Assembly: GCF_000009045.1 (NCBI RefSeq)
Contig: NC_000964.3
Span: 3,360,001-3,392,000 of the forward strand
Reading direction: 5' to 3'
Length of the DNA: 32,000 nucleotides
Source: Bacillus subtilis subsp. subtilis str. 168
Lineage (GTDB): Bacteria > Bacillota > Bacilli > Bacillales > Bacillaceae
Numbering within the stretch: position 1 is the stretch's first letter; each line of letters opens with the position of its first letter. Below the pieces are notes generated by a model. The model was not told the origin of the DNA and ran no database searches. It was given only the letters and a program-made list of their open reading frames with translations. Both the position numbers and the translations under genes were made by a program. Shown piece by piece: positions 7,040-17,853 of this stretch.

Positions 7040-8824
7040 TCAGACAGTATATTTCTCAGCCTCAAAAATGCCTGCCGCCGCCTCGCGTTTTTTCTGAATC
7101 ACGTTTTTAGGCGTTACGCGTGTCAGCTTGCGCAGAGCGGAAAGCATCATGCGGAGTGAATCTCCTTCTTCCATTGCGATAAGGGATTCCTTTGCATGCG
7201 CTTCGATTTCGTTAAAGGCCTCTTGAACGAAAATTTCTGTGTACAGCACCTTTTGCGCTGCTTTTTCAGCGCCTTGTGCGGCAATGGCCTTTTCCGTTCT
7301 GAGCACGGCTGATTCCATTGCGTATACATTGCTGACGATATCCGCTACGTTCACGAGAATTTCTTGCTCACGATCGATCGCTTTTCCGTATTTTTGCGCG
7401 GCTAGGCCGGCAGCAAACAACGCAATTTTTTTGGCTTGCTTGACGATATATTTCTCCTGCTCTAAGACGCCGCTTCCAGGCTCTTCAGGCATAAGCATCA
7501 TGAGTTCTTCCTGCAGCGACTGCGCTTTTTCGAATAAAGGCAGCTCGCCTTTAAGCGCTTTTTTCAGGAAGGTGCTTGGCACGATTAACCGGTTGATTTC
7601 GTTTGTGCCTTCAAAAATCCGATTGATCCTTGAATCCCTATAGGCCCTTTCTACTTCGTATTCCTGCATAAAGCCGTAGCCTCCATGAATCTGCACGCCT
7701 TCATCAACGATATAATCAAGCGTTTCAGAGCCGAATACCTTATTCAGAGAGCATTCGATGGCGTATTCCGCAATCGATTTGGCGATTTGCCGGCCGTCCT
7801 TGAGATCTTCGGCCGTGAACTGGCTCATATTGTCTTCAAACAGCCCGACGGTTCTGTATACAGAGCTTTCCATCGCATACAGCCTTGAGGCCATTGTCCC
7901 GATTTTTTCCTGTGTCAATGAAAAACCAGCAATCGGCGTTTTAAATTGGCGGCGCTGATTTGCGTATGCCGCAGACAGCTCGATGACGCGTTTAGATGCG
8001 CCGATTGTGCCAACCGCCAGTTTGTAACGGCCGATGTTTAAAATATTAAAGGCGATGACATGCCCTTTGCCGATTTCTCCGAGCAGGTTTTCCTTTGGCA
8101 CTTCAGCTTGATCCAGAATGAGGGTTCTTGTCGATGATCCCTTGATTCCCATTTTCTTTTCTTCCGGTCCCGTGGAGACACCCGGGAACTCTTTTTCTAC
8201 AATAAAGGCTGAAAACTTGTCGCCGTCTACCTTAGCGTAAACTACAAATACATCGGCAAAAGCAGAGTTGGTAATCCACTGTTTTTCCCCTGTTAATACA
8301 TAATGGGTTCCTGCTTCATTCAGCACAGCTGTTGTTTTTGCTCCAAGTGCATCAGACCCAGAGCCAGGCTCAGTCAGAGCATAAGCGGCGATCTTTTCGC
8401 CTGAAGCGAGTCCAGGCAAATATTTTTTCTTTTGTTCTTCTGACCCGAAAAAGACGATCGGCAAGGAACCGATACCGACATGCGCGCCATAAGAAAGAGA
8501 AAAGCTTCCCGCACGCGAAAATTTCTCAGTGATGAGTGCCGAGCTGATTTTATCAAGGCCGAGCCCGCCGTATTCTTCCGGCACATCGGCGCCAAGCAGC
8601 CCTAGTTCGCCCGCTTTCTTCAACAGTCTGACAGAATGCTCGAATTGATGGTTTTCGATATCATCTATATGAGGGAGAACATCTTGCTCGATGTAATCCT
8701 CTGTTGTTTTCGCAATCATTTTATGCTCGTCAGTGAAATCCTCCGGTGTATACATTTGATCGTATGTGACATCCTCGATTAAAAATCCGCCGCCTTTTTG
8801 TACGTCAGCCGCTTTTTTTGCCAT
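7040..8824 (-). CDS. fadE: acyl-CoA dehydrogenase
   Basis: 594 aa from ATG 8824 (AAGGGGG RBS). Acyl-CoA dehydrogenase N, middle and C domains are present (e.g. YALTEPGSGSD, QIHGGYGFMQEYEVERAYRDSRI). Confidence 0.93.
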   Translation of the reverse strand: MAKKAADVQKGGGFLIEDVTYDQMYTPEDFTDEHKMIAKTTEDYIEQDVLPHIDDIENHQFEHSVRLLKKAGELGLLGADVPEEYGGLGLDKISSALITEKFSRAGSFSLSYGAHVGIGSLPIVFFGSEEQKKKYLPGLASGEKIAAYALTEPGSGSDALGAKTTAVLNEAGTHYVLTGEKQWITNSAFADVFVVYAKVDGDKFSAFIVEKEFPGVSTGPEEKKMGIKGSSTRTLILDQAEVPKENLLGEIGKGHVIAFNILNIGRYKLAVGTIGASKRVIELSAAYANQRRQFKTPIAGFSLTQEKIGTMASRLYAMESSVYRTVGLFEDNMSQFTAEDLKDGRQIAKSIAEYAIECSLNKVFGSETLDYIVDEGVQIHGGYGFMQEYEVERAYRDSRINRIFEGTNEINRLIVPSTFLKKALKGELPLFEKAQSLQEELMMLMPEEPGSGVLEQEKYIVKQAKKIALFAAGLAAQKYGKAIDREQEILVNVADIVSNVYAMESAVLRTEKAIAAQGAEKAAQKVLYTEIFVQEAFNEIEAHAKESLIAMEEGDSLRMMLSALRKLTRVTPKNVIQKKREAAAGIFEAEKYTV

Positions 8825-8838
8825 TTGTTTTTCCCCCT

Positions 8839-10014
8839 TTAGCATAATTCAAATACACCGGCCGCTCCCATTCCGCCGCCGATACACATGGTCACGACTC
8901 CAAATTGCTCGTTTCTCCGTTTCATTTCATGGATGAGTGAGAGTGTAAGCTTTGTGCCCGTACAGCCAAGCGGGTGTCCAAGCGCGATTGCGCCCCCGTT
9001 GACATTCACTTTTTCTTCATCAATTCCCAATTCCCTGATTACTTGAATGGCCTGTGAGGCAAAAGCTTCATTCAGTTCAAACAAGCCGATGTCCTGCAGC
9101 TGAAGTCCGGCAAGCTTCAAAGCGCGCGGAATCGCTTCCACCGGTCCGATTCCCATCACTTCCGGCGGCACGCCGCCTACCGCAAAGGAGCGGAATTTCA
9201 CAAGCGGCGCCAGGCCAAGAGCATCGGCTTTTTCCCGGTCCATCAGCATGACAGCCGCCGCTCCGTCACTCGTTTGTGAGGAATTGCCCGCAGTCACCGT
9301 CCCGTCAACGGAAAAGGCCGGGCGCAATGTCGATAAGATGTCTGCAGTCGTTTGCGGGCGAACACCTTCATCCTGAGAAAACACAAACTGTTTTTCCATA
9401 GGCTTATGGTCTTCTCCGATTTCTGTCACCGTCACTTCGACGGGTACAATTTCATCTTTAAATTTTCCTTCTGCAAGGGCTTTAGCGGCGTTTTGATGGC
9501 TGCGAACGGCAAACGCGTCTTGATCCTCACGGGAGACGCCGTATTTTTTCGCGACTTGCTCGGCTGTGTGCCCCATGCTCATATAATATTCCGGTGCCTT
9601 TTCTGCCAAAGCAAGGTTCGGACGGGTAACATGCCCCATCATCGGAACTTGCGACATGGATTCTGCTCCGCCGGCGATCGCTGTATCGTAGGCGCCCAGC
9701 ATAATTTTTTCTGCTGCATACGCAATAGACTGAAGGCCTGAAGAGCAATAGCGGTTAACTGTAATCGCCGGAACCGTGTACGGCAGGCCCGCGAGCGCAC
9801 CGATATTTCTCGCCATATTAAGCCCCTGCTCCGCTTCAGGTGTTGCACAGCCGATAATCAAGTCATCAATATTGCCTTCGTAGCCGCCTGCCCGTTTCAG
9901 CGTTTCTTTTACACAAATCGCTCCCAAATCATCCGGGCGAACGGTGGCCAACGATCCTTTTTTTGCTTTTCCAACCGGTGTTCTTGCACCTGACACAATG
10001 ACTGCCTCTTTCAT
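8839..10014 (-). CDS. fadA: acetyl-CoA C-acyltransferase (3-ketoacyl-CoA thiolase)
   Basis: 391 aa. Thiolase active-site Cys context NRYCSSGLQ, plus NEAFASQ and the C-terminal motif GCTG...MCIGGGMGAAGVFE. Confidence 0.95.
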   Translation of the reverse strand: MKEAVIVSGARTPVGKAKKGSLATVRPDDLGAICVKETLKRAGGYEGNIDDLIIGCATPEAEQGLNMARNIGALAGLPYTVPAITVNRYCSSGLQSIAYAAEKIMLGAYDTAIAGGAESMSQVPMMGHVTRPNLALAEKAPEYYMSMGHTAEQVAKKYGVSREDQDAFAVRSHQNAAKALAEGKFKDEIVPVEVTVTEIGEDHKPMEKQFVFSQDEGVRPQTTADILSTLRPAFSVDGTVTAGNSSQTSDGAAAVMLMDREKADALGLAPLVKFRSFAVGGVPPEVMGIGPVEAIPRALKLAGLQLQDIGLFELNEAFASQAIQVIRELGIDEEKVNVNGGAIALGHPLGCTGTKLTLSLIHEMKRRNEQFGVVTMCIGGGMGAAGVFELC

Positions 10015-10024
10015 AAGCTCCCTC

Positions 10025-12394
10025 CTAATTCCGTAAAGGTTTACCTTTCACAAGCATATGCTGCATTCTCGCTTGAGATTTTGCCTCTCCTGACAAACTC
10101 AAAAACGCTTCTCTTTCGATCTCCAATAAATACTCTTCATCAACCTCTGTACCAAACGGCACTTTTCCGCCCGCAATGACATAAGCGAGTTTTTTCGCGA
10201 TCTTAAAATCATGCTCAGATATATAGCCGGACAGCTTCATCTGCTCAGCGCCAAGCAAGAGTGCCGCATAACCGGTTTCTCCCGGCACCTTGACCTTTTC
10301 TTTTACAGGCGGCCGCCAGCCGGTATCGTATAAAGATGCGGCCAGCTGCTTCGCATCGTATAACAGGTGGTCTTGATTCACGCTGATCTGATCCGTTTCT
10401 TTTAAGATGTTCATCTCACGAGCCTCTTGAGCGGAAGCGGACACTTTCGCCATCGCGATTGTTTCAAATGTTTTCATTGCCGCATTCATCGGATCATGGC
10501 CGCGGCGAAGATGGTTGATGTACAGCTCTTTGTTACCTCCTCCGCCAGGGATGAGGCCGACACCGGATTCCACAAGTCCCATATAGGCTTCGCTTGCCGC
10601 TTGAATGCGCGCCGCCGGCAGGCATGCTTCCGTTCCTCCGCCGAGCGTCATGCCAAATGGCGCGGCGACGACCGGTTTCGCACTGTATTTGATCTTCATC
10701 ATCGTCTCCTGAAAACGGCGGATCACAAAATCAACTTCCAAAAAGTTGTCATCTTGGACTTCCATTAAGATCATGGCGAGATTCGCGCCGACGCAGAAAT
10801 TTTTCCCTTGATTGCCGATGACAAGCCCCTTGTAATTCCGTTCTGTTTCCTCTAATCCTTTGTGGATCATTTGAATGATATCGAGGCCGATCGCATTGCT
10901 TTTCGAATGAAATTCAAGAAGGGCCACATCATCTCCAAGGTCAATTAAGCTTGCTCCGCTGTTTTTCGCAATCACGCCTTTTGTTTCTTTAAGTGCTTGT
11001 AAATGAATTCGTTTTTTGTTTTCTTTCACGGCTCTGTATTCGCCGCGGTCATAATAAAATACCGTTCCGTTCTCTTTGATGTAGAAGGTTTCATTTCCTT
11101 TGTCCAGCATCTCTTTTATCCAGCCAGGCATATCTGCTCCAAGCTGCTCAAGCTTTTCCGCTGACTGCTTGAGGCCGATGGCGTCCCACATCTCAAAAGG
11201 TCCCAGTTCCCAGCCGAATCCCCACTTCATGGCTTGGTCAATCGCATGAATATCATCGGCAATCTCGCCAAGCAGCTCGGCTGAGTAAAGCAGGGTTTGA
11301 GAAGTGATATTCCACAGCAAACGGCCGGCCCTGTCATCCGAATAAATAAGCGCTTTCATTTTGGCTTTTGTCCCTTTTGCCTGTTTTGCCGCTTCAAGTG
11401 CCGGTGATTTCATTTTTGTCCGCTCGCCGTAAGTAAGCGTCACTGGGTCAAGCTCATAAATCGTTTTTCCTTCTTTTTTATAAAAGCCTTGGCCGGCCTT
11501 GCTTCCGATCCACCCTTTTTCCAGCATATCGTTCATGAAGCTTGGAATGCGAAACACTTCTTTTTCATCGCCATCAGCTTTGTCATACACATTTCGGGCA
11601 ACGTGGGCGAATGTATCGAGGCCGACCACATCAAGCGTTCTAAAGGTGGCGCTTTTCGGCCTGCCGATCAGCGGTCCTGTGATCGAATCAACCTCCCCGA
11701 CCTGATAACCGCCTTTCAGCATTTCTTGGACTGTCACGAGAAGCCCGTAAGTCCCGATGCGGTTTGCGATAAAGTTCGGTGTGTCCTTTGCTGTAACAAC
11801 GCCTTTCCCGAGGACATTTTCTCCGAAAGCTGTCATAAACTTTAAAATATCAGGATCCGTTTCCTTAATCGGAATGATCTCTAGCAGCTTTAAATATCGT
11901 GCGGGATTAAAAAAATGCGTTCCAAGAAAATGGGCTTTAAAATCATCCGACCGGCCTTCAGCCATTTCCTGCACTGATATGCCGGATGTGTTGCTTGAGA
12001 CGATGCTTCCAGTCTTTCGATGTTCATCCACAAGAGCGAAAATTTTCTTTTTGACTTCAAGGTTTTCGACAACGACCTCAATAATCCAATCTGCTTCTTT
12101 CAGTTTTTCTGCATCATCCTCCAGATTGCCAGGTGTAATATAGGAGGTATTTTTCGCTGATGTGAGGGGAGCGGGCTTTTGTTTCAGCAGTTTTTTCATC
12201 GCCTGCCGGCTCAGCCTGCTGCGCACCTCCGAACTGTCCTTCGTCAGCCCCTTTTTTTCCTCTTCCTTTGTCAAATCGTTCGGCACAATATCTAGCAGCA
12301 GGACAGGAATTCCGATGTTAGCCAAATGCGCCGCTATCCCGGAACCCATTACCCCCGATCCTAAAACGGCTGCCTTCCGAATGTGTTTGTGCAT
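10025..12394 (-). CDS. fadN: bifunctional 3-hydroxyacyl-CoA dehydrogenase / enoyl-CoA hydratase
   Basis: 789 aa from ATG 12394 (AAGGGGGA RBS). N-terminal Rossmann motif VLGSGVMGSGIA, followed by 3HCDH domains and a C-terminal crotonase-like domain. Confidence 0.93.
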   Translation of the reverse strand: MHKHIRKAAVLGSGVMGSGIAAHLANIGIPVLLLDIVPNDLTKEEEKKGLTKDSSEVRSRLSRQAMKKLLKQKPAPLTSAKNTSYITPGNLEDDAEKLKEADWIIEVVVENLEVKKKIFALVDEHRKTGSIVSSNTSGISVQEMAEGRSDDFKAHFLGTHFFNPARYLKLLEIIPIKETDPDILKFMTAFGENVLGKGVVTAKDTPNFIANRIGTYGLLVTVQEMLKGGYQVGEVDSITGPLIGRPKSATFRTLDVVGLDTFAHVARNVYDKADGDEKEVFRIPSFMNDMLEKGWIGSKAGQGFYKKEGKTIYELDPVTLTYGERTKMKSPALEAAKQAKGTKAKMKALIYSDDRAGRLLWNITSQTLLYSAELLGEIADDIHAIDQAMKWGFGWELGPFEMWDAIGLKQSAEKLEQLGADMPGWIKEMLDKGNETFYIKENGTVFYYDRGEYRAVKENKKRIHLQALKETKGVIAKNSGASLIDLGDDVALLEFHSKSNAIGLDIIQMIHKGLEETERNYKGLVIGNQGKNFCVGANLAMILMEVQDDNFLEVDFVIRRFQETMMKIKYSAKPVVAAPFGMTLGGGTEACLPAARIQAASEAYMGLVESGVGLIPGGGGNKELYINHLRRGHDPMNAAMKTFETIAMAKVSASAQEAREMNILKETDQISVNQDHLLYDAKQLAASLYDTGWRPPVKEKVKVPGETGYAALLLGAEQMKLSGYISEHDFKIAKKLAYVIAGGKVPFGTEVDEEYLLEIEREAFLSLSGEAKSQARMQHMLVKGKPLRN

Positions 12395-12414
12395 GAGATA
12401 TCCCCCTTGAACAT

Positions 12415-12432
12415 TGAATGAATAGTCATTCA
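12415..12432 (-). promoter_or_regulatory. FadR (YsiA, TetR-family) operator upstream of fadN
   Basis: Perfect inverted repeat TGAATGA-ATAG-TCATTCA, 21 nt upstream of the fadN start. This matches the fatty-acid degradation repressor box as I recall it. Confidence 0.75.
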
Positions 12433-12520
12433 TTTTTTGACTAAAAAAAATGAAACCCGTTTCTTCTTTCATCTTAAAAGATTTCCGGTTCGACTTCAAT
12501 AGCTAATTTGTTATTTTTTT

Positions 12521-12550
12521 GTATGAAGCCTATAAAAGTCGGGCAACTTA
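12521..12550 (+). promoter_or_regulatory. candidate forespore (sigma-G/F type) promoter
   Basis: GTATG, 18 nt spacer, CAACTTA. Compared with the consensus GHATR-N17/18-CATXHTA there is one mismatch in the -10. It lies about 19 nt upstream of the small ORF start. Confidence 0.35.
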
Positions 12551-12568
12551 AGCCCGGAGGTGAAGGGA

Positions 12569-12715
12569 ATGGTACGAGAGAAAAAAAATCCGTCTTCAGC
12601 GGCAGTCAGCGCGGCGAGCGTAAAGGGAGATGCCGGTCCGACTCAGCATTACGGCGGCGGAAAACGGACAAGTCAAAATCAGCAGTATAAAAAACATAAC
12701 ATGGGACAATCATAA
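12569..12715 (+). CDS. 48-aa hydrophilic, SASP-like small protein (MVREKKNPSSAAVSAASVKGDAGPTQHYGGGKRTSQNQQYKKHNMGQS)
   Basis: GGAGGTGA RBS 7 nt before the ATG. Below the ORF-track cutoff. The composition (S/A/G/K/Q/N-rich, no hydrophobic core) resembles minor small acid-soluble spore proteins. It may be the small yuz-series gene annotated here in strain 168, but I am not sure of the name. Confidence 0.6.
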   Translation: MVREKKNPSSAAVSAASVKGDAGPTQHYGGGKRTSQNQQYKKHNMGQS

Positions 12716-12739
12716 TGCAGCTGCTTCCCACGGCTGCTT

Positions 12740-13648
12740 TCACTTTTTCAAAATTCCTTTTAACACAAACGCTGCATTGGCAGGCCGTTCGGCAATTCTT
12801 CTCATAAAGTAGCTGAACCAGTCCGTTCCATATGGGACATACACACGCATTCTGTAGCCTTCCTTGGCGAGTTCCTTCTGACGCTCCGGCCTGATGCCGT
12901 ATAGCATTTGAAACTCAAATTGCGATGCGGGGATTTGATGTTCGGCGACGAGCTGTTTCGTAAATGCAATGATGTCATCGTCATGTGTGGCGACAGCCGT
13001 GTAGTTCCCGCTTAACAACTGCAGCTTTATTAAGCTCTGAAAATGAAGGTCCGTGCCTCTTTTGTCGGGAAACGCTACAGCCGCAGATTCTTTATAAGCG
13101 CCTTTTACAAGTCTGAGATTCGGCTTTAAGTCCCGCATCTTTCTGATATCTTCTGCCGCCCGGTACAAATACGCCTGAATGACCGTGCCGAGCTTCTCAA
13201 ATTCCTGTTTGCATTGCCTGTAAATAGAAAGTGTCTGTTCATAATGAGAATAGTCTTCCATATCAATGGTCACAGCAACATCATATTGCTTCGCAACGGA
13301 AAGAATGGCGCGCAAATGAGTAAGAGCAAGTTCTTCTGAAAGATCGAGCCCGATTGAGGTCAGCTTAAGTGAAAGCTCTGAATTCAATTGATGTTCGGCA
13401 ATGGCTTGAATGGCTTTCTTGCATTCCTCTGCGACTTGGTTTGCTTCTTTTTCCGAAGCTGCATACTCGCCTAAATAATCAATTGTTGCACACAAACCGG
13501 ATCTGTTTAGCCTTTTGACGGTCTTAACCGCCGATTCAATCGTATCCCCTGCGACAAACCTTCGTGCTCCAAGCCGCGTTCCGTATGCTTTTGCGAACTT
13601 GGTAAGTGTTTTATTTTGAGATAAGAATAAAAACACATGTCTCAACAT
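12740..13648 (-). CDS. fadM: proline dehydrogenase-family flavoenzyme
   Basis: 302 aa from ATG 13648 (GGGAGGGAG RBS). Proline dehydrogenase family (ATIDYLGE..., RLVKGAY, FQMLYGI motifs). Also known as yusM. Confidence 0.88.
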   Translation of the reverse strand: MLRHVFLFLSQNKTLTKFAKAYGTRLGARRFVAGDTIESAVKTVKRLNRSGLCATIDYLGEYAASEKEANQVAEECKKAIQAIAEHQLNSELSLKLTSIGLDLSEELALTHLRAILSVAKQYDVAVTIDMEDYSHYEQTLSIYRQCKQEFEKLGTVIQAYLYRAAEDIRKMRDLKPNLRLVKGAYKESAAVAFPDKRGTDLHFQSLIKLQLLSGNYTAVATHDDDIIAFTKQLVAEHQIPASQFEFQMLYGIRPERQKELAKEGYRMRVYVPYGTDWFSYFMRRIAERPANAAFVLKGILKK

Positions 13649-13742
13649 CCGACTCCCTCCCGCCGTCATCTTCAAAACACCTGTATATAACTCCCAGTCT
13701 GAAGGAAACTATAAAATGAACAGAAACCAAAGGAGGATCACA

Positions 13743-13988
13743 ATGGATAATCAGCAGCAATCTCAAATGCCGCCTTCCGTTATTTCGACAAAGGATCATT
13801 TGTATCTCAATGACATGCTGAACTGGAATTTGCTCGCGATGAAAAAAGCGCATTTCATGGCGCAGCAGTGCCAGGATCAAACGTTAAAGCAAGAACTCGA
13901 CCGCGTCGGACACATGCATCATGATCACTATCAAAGAATATTAAAGCACCTGCAGCCAGGCCAGCAGCAGTCCGGCTACATCCAATAA
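13743..13988 (+). CDS. small CotF-like / spore-coat-related protein with Q-rich ends
   Basis: 81 aa from ATG 13743 (AAAGGAGGA RBS). The helical core is DHLYLNDMLNWNLLAMKKAHFMAQQCQDQTLKQEL. It is a paralog-like partner of the next gene. It may be yuzM, but I am not certain. Confidence 0.7.
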   Translation: MDNQQQSQMPPSVISTKDHLYLNDMLNWNLLAMKKAHFMAQQCQDQTLKQELDRVGHMHHDHYQRILKHLQPGQQQSGYIQ

Positions 13989-14000
13989 GGAGGCGCCAGA

Positions 14001-14333
14001 ATGAATCAGCAAAATCAAAAAATCAGCAACCCGCAGACACCTGTACCGACAACATCGGAAATGAATGACAGAGATTTCGTCAACGAATTGCTGACAACCG
14101 AAAAATACATGACAACAGCTTATTGCACTGCCTTGCACGAATTCAGCCACGAGTCTCTTTATCAGGATATTCAATCCATTTTTGATGAGTCACAAAAAGC
14201 GCAAAGAAAACTATATGATCTCATGTTCCAATATGGATGGTATTCTGTTGAAGCGGAGGATTCACAAAAGCTGCAGCAGTCCTATCAAAAATTCCAGCAG
14301 ACCATTCAGCAGCAGTCTCCTTATCAGCAATAA
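14001..14333 (+). CDS. yusN: spore coat protein F-like (Coat_F domain) protein
   Basis: 110 aa with an AAGGAGG RBS. Coat_F-type core: MNDRDFVNELLTTEKYMTTAYCTALHEFSHESLYQDIQSIFDESQKAQRKLYDLMFQYGWY. Confidence 0.85.
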   Translation: MNQQNQKISNPQTPVPTTSEMNDRDFVNELLTTEKYMTTAYCTALHEFSHESLYQDIQSIFDESQKAQRKLYDLMFQYGWYSVEAEDSQKLQQSYQKFQQTIQQQSPYQQ

Positions 14334-14344
14334 CAACATTAGTA

Positions 14345-14386
14345 AAAAGGATACGATGTTCTTTCGGGCATCTATCCTTTTTTTGT
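14345..14386 (+). terminator. rho-independent terminator after yusN
   Basis: GGATAcGATG...CATCTATCC hairpin followed by TTTTTTT. Confidence 0.75.
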
Positions 14387-14396
14387 GTAAAATCAG

Positions 14397-14433
14397 TTGA
14401 CTTTTCATTTACGCTTATTTATATTTAATAAGC
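14397..14433 (+). promoter_or_regulatory. sigma-A promoter of yusO-mdtP with an overlapping inverted repeat (candidate MarR/YusO operator)
   Basis: TTGACT (14397-14402), 17 nt spacer, TATATT (14420-14425). The inverted repeat GCTTATT-N7-AATAAGC (14413-14433) spans the -10. Confidence 0.55.
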
Positions 14434-14491
14434 ATTAACTATTTTGTCATTAAAATATATATACAGTGTATGTAACAGAGGGGAAATGAAT

Positions 14492-16581
<2,090 letters not shown>

Positions 16582-16588
16582 TAGAGCA

Positions 16589-16618
16589 CCCCGCGGGTAT
16601 CAATCCGCGGGGTTTTTT
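16589..16618. terminator. bidirectional terminator between mdtP and yusQ
   Basis: CCCCGCGG-gtatcaat-CCGCGGGG followed by TTTTTT. Confidence 0.85.
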
Positions 16619-17000
16619 ATTCAATCATCTGGGCTCTTCCATTTCCGAAAGACCAATCCTCATCCTGATTTCCGGCCAGCATGATAAACACATCTTCTTT
16701 TCTTACACCAAGCTCGGAATGAATCCGGCTCGCGATTGAGCGGTAAAGTGCTTTTTTCTGTTCAGTTGTTCTTGACTGTTTCAGTGTAAAATGAATGTAT
16801 ATCAGTTCATCAGTACGCTCGACTTGGAGATAAAATGGATCATAAAAAAATTCGCTTTTTTCATATTGTCTGATGACTTGGAAATAGTCATCTTCCGGCA
16901 CATTGATTTCTTCAATCATCGATTGGTGGATAGTCCTGCTCAGTTTTTGAAGCCACACTTCGCTTCTTCCCGACCGTAAATGAATCTGTACAAATGGCAT
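16617..17000 (-). CDS. yusQ: tautomerase-superfamily protein (N-terminal Pro-1)
   Basis: 127 aa beginning MPFVQIHL. Pro right after the initiator Met is the catalytic hallmark of 4-OT/MIF-like tautomerases. Confidence 0.8.
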   Translation of the reverse strand: MPFVQIHLRSGRSEVWLQKLSRTIHQSMIEEINVPEDDYFQVIRQYEKSEFFYDPFYLQVERTDELIYIHFTLKQSRTTEQKKALYRSIASRIHSELGVRKEDVFIMLAGNQDEDWSFGNGRAQMIE

Positions 17001-17018
17001 CTCCCCGCATCCCTTTCT

Positions 17019-17429
17019 TTACAGCGTCTGTCCGCTGTCAATTGTGATAATTTGGCCTGTGAGTGATTCCTGTTCAATTAGTGAACAAATCAATTTGGCA
17101 ACATCATCTGGTTCAGCAATACACTGCAGCAGCAAAGAGCCGATCATGCTTTTCATTTTTTCTTCCCGTCCGGCCCACCATCTCGTTGCCACAGCTCCTG
17201 GTGCTACACCGCTCACTCTGATTTCAGGCGCTAAGGCGTGGGCCAATGATTTCGTTAAACCGTGCACCGCTGATTTTGATACTGCGTAAGGCATTGATGA
17301 GCCGGCACCAGTTATCCCTGCGATGCTGCCGACGTTTACGATCGCCCCGTCCTTGCTTTTCTTCATGAACGGAACCACTGCCCGCGCGCAGAAAAACATC
17401 CCTTTCACATTGACGGCATACAGCTCATC
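17019..17429 (-). pseudogene. yusR: C-terminal part of a short-chain dehydrogenase/reductase (FabG-like) interrupted by an in-frame TAG
   Basis: Contains the SDR catalytic motif YAVSKSAV (YxxxK) and PGAV. It is in the same reading frame as yusS, immediately after the TAG at 17432-17430. Confidence 0.85.
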
Positions 17430-17759
17430 CTAGACGTCTTCTGTCGCAGCCTCAAGATCATCCATTGGAATATGCCGTGTAATGCTGGCATTGTTGACTA
17501 AAATATCAACCGTGCCGTGTGTGTTCACGATTGCTTGAATCATATCCTGCACGTCGCTGTTTTTGGATACATCTGCTTGGATGGCGAAGGCTTGCCCGCC
17601 AGCTTTTTGAATCATTTCCACTGTTTCCTCCGCTTCTGATTGCGAGCGTGAATAATTCACCGCCACAATCGCCCCACGCTTTGCCAATTCCATACTGGCT
17701 GCTTTTCCGATTCCTGTGCCGCCCCCCGTTACGAGAGCTATTTTGTTCAAGACATTCAT
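17430..17759 (-). pseudogene. yusS: N-terminal part of the same SDR (cofactor-binding half)
   Basis: ATG 17759 with an AAGGAG RBS. Rossmann motif TGGGTGIGKA and NNAS. It ends at the amber codon TAG 17432-17430, in the position of the conserved Trp of the E-D-W-D motif. Confidence 0.85.
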
Positions 17760-17803
17760 TGCCGCCACTCCTTGCTGTTGACTAAAGTATATTTCTGATT
17801 CCA

Positions 17804-17833
17804 TTGTAATCCAGCTTTGATGTTACGTATAAT
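17804..17833 (+). promoter_or_regulatory. candidate sigma-A promoter of yusT
   Basis: TTGTAA (17804-17809), 18 nt spacer, TATAAT (17828-17833). Confidence 0.4.
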
Positions 17834-17853
17834 GATTGTTAAAGATACTAGAT

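Noticed and set aside
10427-12410. Several 60-130-aa plus-strand ORFs within fadN
   Set aside because: All are antisense to a continuous, motif-rich 789-aa fadN frame and have no translation signals.
13611-13880. 89-aa minus-strand ORF spanning the fadM start and the CotF-like gene
   Set aside because: It overlaps two well-supported genes and their divergent promoter region, and it has no RBS.
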